DNA of 63,035 bases, the filler included, from Lenisia limosa (lineage: Eukaryota; Protista; Breviatea): assembly GCA_001655205.1 (NCBI GenBank). It is 7 parts of 7 records of this genome, joined end to end, with 100 filler letters (N's around TTAATTAATTAA, not from the genome) between each part and the next. Parts side by side here need not be neighbours in the genome. Positions count along the whole stretch, not along the records: positions 42,439 to 54,966 come from LPNZ01005549.1; positions 55,067 to 63,035 come from LPNZ01008997.1; 5 more parts are not named here. One strand, 5' to 3'. The notes beneath the pieces are model-generated. The model saw only the letters and a program-made list of their open reading frames with translations, searched no databases and was not told the origin of the DNA. A program made the position numbers and the translations under genes. This document shows positions 49,901 through 61,072 of the stretch, one piece after another. Within the stretch, counting starts at the first letter, position 1. Each line of letters begins with the position of its first letter.

Positions 49901-51597
49901 TTTTTTATTGGTACGGTAGGGGGGGGGGGGCGCAGCAGCTTCCACNNNNNNNNNNNNNNNNNNNNNNNNNNNNNNNNNNNNNNNNNNNNNNNNNNNNNNN
50001 NNNNNNNNNNNNNNNNNNNNNNNNNNNNNNNNNNNNNNNNNNNNNNNNNNNNNNNNNNNNNNNNNNNNNNNNNNNNNNNNNNNNGAGGGAGAGGTGGGGT
50101 TGTTTTGCTGAAGTGAATGTAAGAGAGGGAGAGGTGGGGTTGTTTTGTTATTATGACCCATTTCACCTTCAGGGAGCTGAAGGCCGCACTGCAATTCACA
50201 ACCTTCTTGTAGAAGTCTCAAGTGCCACAAAAGCCTTGGCCAAGAGAGTGGGGCAACTGTATTTCATATGAAATTGATAATATTCACTCTTCTCATGATA
50301 TGTTGAAATTCGAGGATTTCCTGACTTTGTGGTCTGGTATGGACTTCGTATTTGTATGTTACAGTTTTGTGTTAATAAGAAGCAGTAAGAATATCCTCTA
50401 TCAAAGAGGGATAGAGTTCATTAAGTAAGGATTCGACAAGTTTCGATGCCTTTATTCCCCAAAACACAATTATTATCTTTTTATTAATTTAGTTAAAACA
50501 GAGAATACAGGTTACCGTGAGTTTTTGCAATTGATTCTTACCGTTTTAGCACTTTCCCTCCATTAAAATACCAAGAAGTTTGAAGTGAGTTTTAAGGGAT
50601 TAGGATACATATAATGATGGTGGATCGAGATCGTAATACTAGAGCCCCGTGTAATTGATTGAAAAATGAATTTCAACTTTTGAAGTGGGTCATATTTTAA
50701 CGAGAACCCTATTCCAGACTCTTTAATTCCTAATTTTGATAATTGCACGGAGCCTTACATAATAGCAATTCAACCCCAAACCCTATCCTTCTGTAACTGG
50801 TTCAGTGTGCAGCCAATGAAGGAAGGCAAACCAGAAAGAAGAGCATTTGTTCTACTAGGCCAACTTGCCCCAGTATCACTTCACATACCCCAGTTGGCAA
50901 GGGGGTGGTAGAAAAGCTGTAGACTTGGCGCATAGTAGTATCTGCTGACTTCTTGATGCTCCTTTTTTATTTCTCAATTTTACATATGATGCATTTATTC
51001 TCAAATAATAATAGTATTATACATGATATTAGTATTTTACATAATAGCATTACATACTGTTTAATACATGATACTGAAGTGATTTTTTTACTGTTGATTA
51101 AATTTTTAATTTGAATTTATACTTATACTCACGCACCCCCCACCCCAGAGCGTATCTTGGCTATGACGCCACAAACCCGAAAACACGGGTTGTTGTCACT
51201 TCAGCCCAGTTTACCTCTGTGGACCTCCCGCTGTCAAAGCCCCTCATTGCTGATGACTGCGCTGTCCTTCATCAAAGCGTGGTGTTCAATGGCAAGGTCA
51301 GCAAGTCTTACAGCAAAACATAACAAGATGTACATTTATCATCACCTATCACCAACTTTTTCGGATTTCTTTGGAAAGTATGCACATGCATTTGCATATG
51401 AAATAGTATATCATCCTGCACAGATACAATATGCATATCATATACTATTTTAGCAATATGGGCATTTGGAAAGCACATATTTTCCCCCAGTATAAACAAA
51501 CTCAAATAAAAACTGCAATTGAACCGAATTCATACAGCAGAAAGTGGAATTTCTTAGCGCTTCAGTTTCATCGTTCTCTTCATTGAAGGTTTTGTAA
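46919..51597 (+). CDS. TTC5: TPR protein, TTC5-like (TPRs plus probable C-terminal OB fold); start and end approximate
   Basis: Exons MCHGICLWLAGDAKIAYKYLEKA|AKLDFKNARLWALLAEY, SIDLAKEAISLNAKDGLSW, DFLNKSVKAFKMA|YTLGVRHPDFGLN, ..LHQSVVFNGK match recalled TTC5 motifs (AKLAVQMDVHDGRSW, NPDLHLN, LVVNGK). Confidence 0.6.
48059..48175 (+). repeat. Intron-associated repeat family I; makes up most of a 117-nt TTC5 intron
   Basis: GTGGGT..CTTGTGTGTTGTCAGCCAATAGAGTTGATTTGGGCTTTG..TTTCATAT..TTTTCCAATTTACTCCCTCTCCATAG. Confidence 0.75.
50640..50757. mobile_element. MITE family B
   Basis: Flanks CGTAATAC/CATAATAG (6/8). Confidence 0.8.
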
Positions 51598-51825
51598 TAT
51601 TTATTGCTTTTTCTTGTATTTTAATTTGTATTTGAGGCTAATGGTTGCTTGCAATGAGCATTGTATTATATATATGTTTTTTTACAAGAATGTGTTCTCT
51701 ACATCATATATTATAATATGTGAGGCGTAGATAGAATGAGATTCAAAAGTCTTGAGGTCGATTGTGACAGTTGAAAGAGAGGAGCGTCACGCTCCCGCAA
51801 ACAAAATACAATAAATAGGGGTTGG

Positions 51826-54800
51826 TTAGTTTGACATACACTTCTCTACTGTGGCTGGCCAGGCATCCGCGTTGTAACACTCAAAAGTCTGAAAAATGAG
51901 AGCTGTTCAAAAGAATGTGAAATGAAGGGAAGTTTAAGTCTGTATCTAGTTTCACTTTAGTTCGAAAAATACCAGTAAAATTGATAGTTTTCGAAGCTTT
52001 ATCGAGAATTTCAGTGTTATATCGAATCGAAGTGAAGCATGAGAATAGAGGACTTTAGACCGCAACGGTAACATATTTCCTATTCAGTTCTCAAAAGGAA
52101 AACTGATGCATCTCGAAAATGCCCAAAATGAAGTTATTCGACAAACCTTCCTGTTTCGGCCACCATTATTGCCGGTGTGATAGTTCAGTCGCCACTCGTC
52201 GAAGAGCTCACTGTCCTTGAGAGCCGCCGGAACAACATCCAACCACGACTTCATATGTTAATCATAGGAAGGGGGAGTAAAAATGGAAATGTATGCAACA
52301 AAAAAGCCCAAATCAACAACAAAACAAAGATGAATTCAGTCAAGCAAAAACATATTAAATCAATTACTATTTCAATACAATCATACCTGGGGGCTCATTG
52401 AGTTAATTCCGAGTTCACCTGGCACGGTATAGGCCTTGCGCCATTGCGGCCGAGAAGAAGCGTCAACATCAACAACCTAACATGTGTAACTAATACGATT
52501 TGTGATTTCTAAATGGCAAGTTTAATCAATGCATAACAGACAGAAGAGCATTTGACAATAACTGTTATTGCCCAATTGAAAAAGCCTCAGAAGGATATAA
52601 ACATATCTAGGGACAACATGTCTATTAACCAAAAGAGAGCTCAATGTGAGTATCCCAAAGTGCACCCACATTTCCGCGGTATTGGTGCATCTTAACAGGT
52701 CTCCAAGTCTACAGACTATCAGAAGGACGTTAAGGAATATAAGATCACTTGTCAATAAAATCCTTGAATTCTTCTCATTTTACAACACCCCACCACTCCG
52801 TAATAAAAAGCGGTTTAGCATCATAACCCCACGCACAGTCGGTTCAAATTCGAAGATTCTGAATGAGGGGTTCTTGTTGGTGTCTGTGGTACCGGACGGT
52901 GCAACCCAGTCTTAAGAGTGGGTTAAAAGTAAGGCTCCGTGCAATTAATGGAAAAATTAATCTCAAAATTTAAGTGGAACATGTTGTAACGAGAACCCTA
53001 TTCCAGACACTTTAATTTCTAATTCTAACAATTAATTTCCTCAAAAAAGTAATTGCCCAAAGCCCTAGTTAAAAGGCTTCAATACATTGAACTATTTCAC
53101 AAATTAAAAGTAACGAGTATTTGTTTCTCATAAAGTGACGTCATGAACCGAATCACCCTTCCCCTCCAACTTTCCATATCCACCTCTCTCATACCCATTG
53201 AGAGTCTTATCATCAAATATTTTCAGAACAAGAATGAAAATGTATCAATTAATTAGGGAAGAAAAATAGAAGGAATATTACACATTCTGTACAAAGTGGA
53301 TATTGTGAACATCTCATACTATTTTAGTATTAATTTTTTGAGAGAATTAATTGATATAATTAGAAATTAAAGTGTCTGAAATGGGGTTTTCGTTACAACA
53401 TGTCCGAATTCAAATTTTGAAAATTAATTTGTCAATTAATTGCATGGAGCCCTGATATTTATAAAATATGACGAGCGGATAGCATATCACCGGAGTTTAC
53501 TCATCCCTGTCAATACCATCATGATCATTCCCAAAATCAGCCACTAAATGTCCAAAGAAACTCTGATACTCGGATGAACCCTTGTGTTACACTCCCCACT
53601 TGTGACAATAGGAGTACCATGTCCGTCAGTAACACTTTGCCAGTGATCACTGTGGGTGTGTCCGGAGAAAATCGCAGTGACCGTGTTGGGGTACTTGCGA
53701 ATGATCACCTGTGGAGAGGGTAAAAACCTGGCATCATATTACGGGATTTTGAGAGTATAATAAGAAAATAGTTCTTTTACTCTGGGCAATCAATTCTACA
53801 AGGGATCATCAAATGAAAAGGGATGTTTATGATATGATATACAATATCATATATATTATATGAATAACAATTATAATACCCTTAGCATACACACACACAG
53901 CTTTCATATGTATAAAATAATATAATATATAATAAAGCTTTCAAAGAGCCTTGAGTGTTTACCAGATCAAAGTTTCCTTCACCATAACGCCTACCTGAAG
54001 GTCAGCGGAGTAGTCAAGATCAACGTTCGCACCAGCCAAGGTAAGAGGCATGTGGTGTAACAGTATGACCTACGGCGGTGATTTTGGGGGTATTTTAGGT
54101 TGAAGGTGGCGCAATGTGCAATTAAATCTTGAACACAAAAACGTAGACAATAAAAGTGTTGGCGGCGGCGGCGAGGGGGAGGGGGAGTAAAATTGGAAAA
54201 TTTATGAAACACAAAGGCCCAAAATCAACTTGGTTGGCTGGCAACGCAGGAGGGTTGATAACAACANNNNNNNNNNNNNNNNNNNNNNNNNNNAGCGTAC
54301 GACAAGATGACTGAACAAACAAACCACTAACTTTTTCTCCAGCGTTTTGGGCCTTTTTCAAAGTTTCTTCAAACCTACACTATATTAGAGCTATGGACAT
54401 TTTCATCTTACAAAATGATTGTAATGTATATAATTATTACCTACGGTATGTACAATTTGGTACAGCATTCTACAACATTACGAAATAGGAAGAGCTAAAT
54501 GATGTCATCATACAGGTGTAAGGAGGGAAAAACGATTAAAAACACAAAACACCCCAGAACAAGGGAAATTATCACCCACCATTGTTTCATTCCATAAGGG
54601 TCCTCCACACCCCGATGCGTCCATACAAGACGCCAGAAGTTCATACCTTGAGCGTTATGATGGGAAATATGGCAATGGATGTAAAATGGACAATAGTGGG
54701 GGGATCTTCAAACACTGCATCAAGCAGTTTAGCCTTAAGGATTCTATTGTGACGTTTTCCAAATCTCCAAATTGATATTCTTTGAAATAATAGTCATCAC

Positions 54801-54891
54801 ACACACCACGTAAAATGAACCTAAGAAGACTCTCAAACTCACCGTCAGGAATGTTGCAGTTCAGGACCGCTACCCTAAGGCCGGGGGCGAT
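51826..54891 (-). CDS. Acid sphingomyelinase-like calcineurin-like phosphodiesterase (SMPD1/SMPDL3 family), C-terminal half, 5' truncated
   Basis: IAPGLRVAVLNCN|MNFWRLV..EDPYGMKQW|FEETLKKAQNAGEK|VILLHHMP|..YPNTVTAIFSGHTHSD|WVAPSGTTDTNKNPSFRIFEF|..PQWRKAY follows the family motif order. Confidence 0.85.
51947..52038. mobile_element. MITE family A, decayed
   Basis: TTCACTTTAGTTCG..CGAATCGAAGTGAAGC. Confidence 0.65.
52930..53067. mobile_element. hAT-type MITE family B, reference copy
   Basis: TAAGGCTCCGTGCAATTAAT..AATTGCCCAAAGCCCTA; perfect 8-bp TSD GTTAAAAG. Confidence 0.85.
53322..53454. mobile_element. MITE family B, inverted relative to the 52930 copy
   Basis: Reverse core AAAGTGTCTGAAATGGGGTTTTCGTTAC, end TGCATGGAGCCCTG. 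Confidence 0.7.
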
Positions 54892-55066
54892 CTGAACAGA
54901 TTACAGCTGATGTTACAATATATCATATTTATCATATCATATATATTATTAATTAATTCTCTTTATNNNNNNNNNNNNNNNNNNNNNNNNNNNNNNNNNN
55001 NNNNNNNNNNTTAATTAATTAANNNNNNNNNNNNNNNNNNNNNNNNNNNNNNNNNNNNNNNNNNNN

Positions 55067-57630
55067 ACTCTTCCGACCAGAGCCCCACGGAGAAGAAGAA
55101 ACCGCCGCTCCTGAGGGGAGGTTCAAGTGAAAAGGTGAGGGATATTTGGGTGACAATTTGAGGGAGATTTGGGTGAAAAAGAAAAGAGGAAGTAGAAACC
55201 GAGATATTATTACGAGATTAAAGTCATTTTTACTAATTTGGTGGTATTCTACTAGATTTTTAAGTTAGTGATATCGTGTAATATTAGGGACTGGTGGTTT
55301 CGTGCACCTATTAAGGTCCATTTTCTAATATTAAGGAGTATTTACGATAATTTGCGGGGTTTTTACGATATTAGGTAGTATCGCCCAGACCACGACGATT
55401 GTCCAGCTTCCAACGGCCGCGCAGGGAGTCGGAAGTTGTCATTGGTGAGGGGGTATGATTCTTGAGAAGGGGGGTTTATACGATTAGTGTGGGGGTTATC
55501 AAGCTATATGATGATGATTAGGGAGTTTAATGGATTAGTGGGGGTGGGGGGAGTTATGTGATTGTTATTTGAGAATGGTATTTGTGGTTTCTATTTGATA
55601 GTGGGGGAGTACCGCTGCATTAGAACTTTCCGAGCCCTTCTCACTTCCACAGGTCCAATCGAGTGACCCCATAGTAATTTTTGATACGTTTTTGTTTTGC
55701 CCCTATTATGTTTAATGTAAGCCCGTGTAATTACAAGAGGTAGACAATTTGGGAGAAAAGTGCTCATATAAATATGTGGCTTTTGTTGAGCTTCTGAAGT
55801 AAAACTGAAAAAAAGTAGGGCTTCACTTCGGTTCGAAAATAAAAGCTGAATTACTAGATAAATCGTCGAAAACTATGGTCTTTTTCGAATCGAAGTGAAG
55901 CCCTAAACACAAGTGATAAAAGTGGTTTTTATGAATCAGATCAAAAAAAAATATCAATTTTGCAACTAGAGACGTGTTTTTAATAGGCCGAAAAGCCAAG
56001 AAGGGATGCTCTAAAGGAATACTAGATAAAACTTCAATACTTGATAAGATGAATGATGGTAGTGATGGTAATGGTTATGGGGTATCATCCCCTAGTATGG
56101 GGAATAGGGGGGGGGGGGGNNNNNNNNNNNNNNNNNNNNNNNNNNNNNNNNNNNNNNNNNNNNNNNNNNNNNNNNNNNNNNNNNNNNTTTTCGTCACTCC
56201 GAGGAGGACCCGGGAGCGGGTCGGGAAGATTGCAAACCAAAAAGATGTTCGGATTGTTCGAGTGAAAACTAACGATTTGATAATGTTGAACAGCTTTCGT
56301 AGTCAAGGCGGATTACATGGGTGGAGAAAGAAGATTGAGCATATTGGAACCAAGAAGGGGAAAGATGATATATGTATATTCTAAGCCAAAGTAGTGACCA
56401 TGATATTACAGTAAAACTGTCAAGATCGTGTCATTGGAAGATTGGTGATTGAACTAGAATGGACACAAAGTCAGGTTTTACATAGAAATAAAATAGTCGA
56501 AATGATGAGCGAAGATAACACGAGTGCTTATGAAGAGTGCATTAGAGAATCATCTTGTCGGTCATACGAGTGGACATATCCCTGTTAGAAAATGATTGTT
56601 TACGTGAGAATGAATATTATGGAGAATCTATTGAAGAATGATACAAGACCAACACGACTCTCAATAATACTGATATTGGCAAACAGTAAGATAGCATTCA
56701 AACCAATATTCAAAGTGGGCAGTTTGTCATGAGTGACAATGAGAAGGAGACAGTGACAGACAAACCAGAGAAGATGAATGATTGTGATGGTGATGGTTAT
56801 GAGGTATCATCCAAGGGGGGGGGGGTATTCCCTCTTCTGGCTGACAACAGCTGAGGCGACTCTGGTGTTCTGGTGGTTTGCTGCAGGAGTGGGGGTGTGG
56901 GTGGTGTGGTTTGGTAATTTGGACACATTGGTTGGTTGGACCAAGTTGGACCAGGTTGGACAGGGAAGGGAGGGCTGGGGGTTCCCTACAATGTACGATA
57001 CCCCAGGTTCTCAAAATATTCGCTGATTTTTTCGTCCCTCAGATCTGCTTGTCTTATATCGTGCTTGTAGTATCAATCATCATAGCATCATTATCAAGTT
57101 CATTTCCAGCTTTGAAAAATCAAATCAAGGAGGGTGAGGAGTTTTCTTCTTCGTGTGTCTTCTTCAGTTAGTTTAAGCTGAGTCCAAGTGTTCATTAAGT
57201 CTCCACCACAGAAGAAGAGGAAAATGATGACGGTTTGTTCATTCTGGTTGTATACGAATGCTTCTAAGGCAGTATGCTTGCCCAAACCCTCACCAAACCT
57301 TTCTTTTCCCTATATAAACAAACTCTTGATATCTTGTAAAACCTTAGGATTATATACTCCCTAGGGGGAAGCAAACTTGTTGATATAAATACCTCTAGGT
57401 TAATGCACAAAGGTAATCTCTGTGAATAGCTTCTTCTTGGATTGAACTAACTTTTTGCTGAATTCAGGGAAAGTATATGATCCAGAGTCAAATAGTGTCT
57501 GGCTTTGTTCGTCCTCCCCCCCCCCCCAGGNNNNNNNNNNNNNNNNNNNNNNNNNNNNNNNNNNNNNNATATGGGCTATTTTTGGGTCTTGTCTCACGGC
57601 ACAGATTAAGGAATTATTTTCAAGAGTTTT
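55067..57630 (+). CDS. Possible membrane-protein gene fragments
   Basis: Candidate exons FVTPRRTRERVGKIANQKDVRIVR, ICLSYIVLVVSIIIASLSSSFPALKNQIKE|GTGAG, IWAIFGSCLTAQIKE. Strand and joining not firmly resolved. Confidence 0.3.
55816..55905. mobile_element. MITE family A
   Basis: Flanks AAAAAAAG/AACACAAG (6/8). Confidence 0.8.
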
Positions 57631-57939
57631 GGGGGTTTCCACCATTACTGTATTTTCTCTGGCAAACTATTATATCCACTTTAATCCAACTCCAGTGTTA
57701 TCCACTCGCCTTGTTTTCCTCGCTCGTACTTTTTCGGTAGTTTTTAAACAAAAAAAAAAACGGAATCCCTTGGCAAACCAGTATTTCTTGGTCACAAAAA
57801 TTAAAAACTTAAGAATCCACTCCCATTAAAACAATCATTCCAATACGAAAACCAACCAACCGCATTTTTTAACGCTTTGAATGTGGCTGAAAGATTGGGG
57901 TCGCTTTTATGATTGAGGTACTTCATGTGTAACAACATG

Positions 57940-60500
57940 CCGTATTAGAATTTATGTAGCTATAAGATGATTTTAAATATGGGTGGTGAATTACCTCATG
58001 CAGAATGGGTATTTGTTGTGATTATCAGGATGGCCAATAAATGAAGTCATGCCTATAATATGTTAAAAATAATGTACAAGGAGAATTTGGATGTATGTTA
58101 ATTGTTCAATATCACATAATCAATATATTGTCGTCGTTATTTTTGAGTTGTGTTTCACCTAATTAGGGCCGAACTCCCATTCTTGCTGCCAGTCTGGACG
58201 GTCACATTGAAGTGGTTAAGTATCTCGTGTCAAATGGAGCAGACATCCACAAACCAACAAATGATGTGGGTGGGAAATCCCTCATAAAGACGTCAATATG
58301 CTGCTAATGGGCGGATACTGATGAAAGTGAAATTAATCTATATGTGTATTTATGTAGAGTACCGGATAATAATGTATTAGAATTTATGTAGCTATAAGAT
58401 GATTTTAAATATGGGTGGTGAATTACCTCATGCNNNNNNNNNNNNNNNNNNNNNNNNNNNNNNNNNNNNNNNNNNNNNNNNNNNNNNNNNNNNNNNNNNN
58501 NNNNNNNNNNNCTTGCTGCCAGTCAGGACGGTCACATTGAAGTGGTTAAGTATCTCACGTCAAATGGAGCAGATATCCACAAACCAATGAATAATGTGGG
58601 TGGGAAATCACCCTCATTAACATGTGTTGGTATGTTTGTTAATGGTTGAAGTTATAGTAACCTATATGTGTGTTTCTGTCAAGTGCCATACGATGTGGAA
58701 GGTGAGTTTCTGGTAATACGATTAATTTTTCCTATATCGTTGGGAAATTACCTCATACATAAGATCTGTTTATTGTGATTATCAGGCCTATAACAGATGA
58801 TTTTAAATATGGGTGGTGAATTACCTCATTCAGAATGGGTATTTGTTGCGATTATCAGGATGGCCAATAAATGAAGTCATGCCTATAATATGTTAAAAAA
58901 ATGTACAAGGAGAATTTGGATGTATGTTAAGTGTTCAATATCACATAATCAATATATTGTCGTCGTTATTTTTGAGTTGTGTTTCACCTAATTAGGGCGC
59001 AACTCCCATTTATGTTGCCAGTCAGAACGGTCACATTGAAGTGGTTAAGTATCTCATGTCAAATGGAGCAGATATCCACAAACCAATGAATAATGTGGGT
59101 GGGAAATCACCCTCATTAACATGTGTTAGTATGTTTGTTAATGGTTGAAGTTATAGTAACCTATATGTGTGTTTATGTCAAGTGCCATATAATGTGGAAG
59201 GTGAGTTTCTGGTAACACGATTATTTTTTCTGATATCGTTGGGAAATTACCTCATGCATAATGTCGTTTAGTGTGATTATCAGGCCTATAACAGATGATT
59301 TTAAATATGGGTGATGAATTACCTCATGCAGAATGGGTATTTGTTGCGATTATCAGGGTGGCCAATAAATGAAGCCATGCCTATACAAGGAGAATTTGGA
59401 TGTATGTTAATTGTTCAATATCACATAATCAATATATTGTCGTNNNNNNNNNNGCTGCCAGTCTGAAAGGTCACATTGAAGTGGTTAAGTATCTCGTGTC
59501 AAATGGAGCAGATATCCACAAATCAACAAAGGATGTGGGTGGGAAATCCCTCATAAAGACGTCAATATGCTGCCGATGAGCGGATACTGATGGAAGTGAT
59601 ATTAATCTATATGTGTATTTATGCAGAGTACCGAATAATAAAGTATTAGAATTTATGTAGCTATAAGATGATTTTTGATATGGGTGGTGAATGACCTCAT
59701 GTAGAATGTGTATTTGTTGCGATTATCAGGACGGCCAACAGTTGAAGTCATACCTATGTAATGTTACAAATAATGTACAAGGAGAATTTGGATGTATGTT
59801 AATTGTTCAATATCACATAATCAATATATTGTCGTTGTTATTTTTGAGTTGTGTTTCACCTAATTAGGGCGCAACTCCCATTTATACTGCCAGTCAGAAA
59901 GGTCACATTGAAGTGGTTAAGTATCTCGTGTCAAATGGAGCAGATATCCACAAACCAACAAATGATGTGGGTGGGGAATCCCTCATAAAGACGTCAATGT
60001 GCTGCTGATGGGCGGATACTGATTAAAGTGATGTTAATCTATATGTGTATTTATGTAGAGTACCGGAAAATTTGATATTAGAATTTGTGTAGCTATAAAA
60101 TGATTTTTGATATGGGTGGTGAATTTCCTACTACAGAATGAGTATTTGATGCGATTATCAGGACCGCCAATATTTAAGTCATGACCTATTTAGGGCGAAA
60201 CTCCCTTTTATATTGCCAGTCAGAACGGTCACATTGAAGTGATTAGGTATCTCGTGTCAAATGGAGCAGATATAAACGAACCAATAAAGGATGTGGGTGG
60301 GAAAATCCTCATAAAGACGTCAATATACTGCCATGCAGGGCGGATAATGGTTGAAGTGATATTATTTACCTATATGTGTTTTTATGTACATTATCGGAGA
60401 ATAGGGAATTAGAATTTTGTTGCAATAGAATTATTTTTGATATGGGTGGCGAATTACCTCATGCAGAATGTGTATTTGTTGCGATTATCAGGACGGCCAA
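57940..60500 (+). repeat. Tandem exon+intron duplication units (about 330-500 bp) underlying the ankyrin array
   Basis: Intron blocks such as GATTTTAAATATGGGTGGTGAATTACCTCATGCAGAATGGGTATTTGTTG and GTGTTTCACCTAATTAG recur in near-identical form between exons. Confidence 0.9.
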
Positions 60501-60903
60501 TATTATTAACTACCCGGGAAAGTTTGGTCCTAGCTGGAAATATTACCGACTATTTAATTAGTAATAATGTCGACCAGAATGATATGACACCTCTACATGC
60601 GGCAGCTATGAATGGACATTCGGACGTTGTTGAGTATCTCATTGCCAATAAAGCTGCTGTTACCTCCACCAATAAGGTATGTATTGTCTTCATATGTGCT
60701 TCAGTTAGAAACTGTGTTTAGTGTTTTTGCTTTCTATATCTTTAACATATGCTATATTAGCTATATATAGTGTATATTCATATTTCCGTCGGGTGTAATT
60801 TAAGTATAAGAACACACCTCTACACATTGCCGCTTCAAAAGGATTTTTGGAAGTTGTCAGGCATCTCATTGAGGCAAAGTCAATTAATGACTCCAGTAAT
60901 CAG
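58167..60903 (+). CDS. Ankyrin-repeat protein, one 33-aa repeat per 99-nt phase-0 exon (8 exons); start and stop exons not identified
   Basis: Exons 58167-58265, ~58497-58595, 58996-59094, ~59436-59534, 59868-59966, 60194-60292, 60578-60676, 60805-60903 (5' ends of exons 2 and 4 lie in gaps). Consensus GxTPxxxASxxGHIEVVKYLVSNGADIHKPxxx; donors GTGGGT or GTATG. Confidence 0.92.
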
Positions 60904-61072
60904 GTATGGTCATGAGTACTTAATATGATATCATGAACGTGTTAAATATTTCACAATTTACTTTGTTTTTCAATGCCGTTATTTTAATCTTTGAAAGACA
61001 GTGGACATCAGTACCACATTTAATTGAAAACAGTATTTTATTTAAACTCATTTGACAACCAAACTTAATATA

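Noticed and set aside
50085-50147. GAGGGAGAG|GTGGGG duplicate as a donor duplication in TTC5
   Set aside because: The putative exon is hidden in an N gap and cannot be verified.
414-57829. ORF-track entries containing long X runs
   Set aside because: They are open only because N gaps contain no stop codons.
55067-58167. TM exons joined to the ankyrin array as one receptor gene
   Set aside because: No phase-consistent linking exon could be found; left open pending cDNA.
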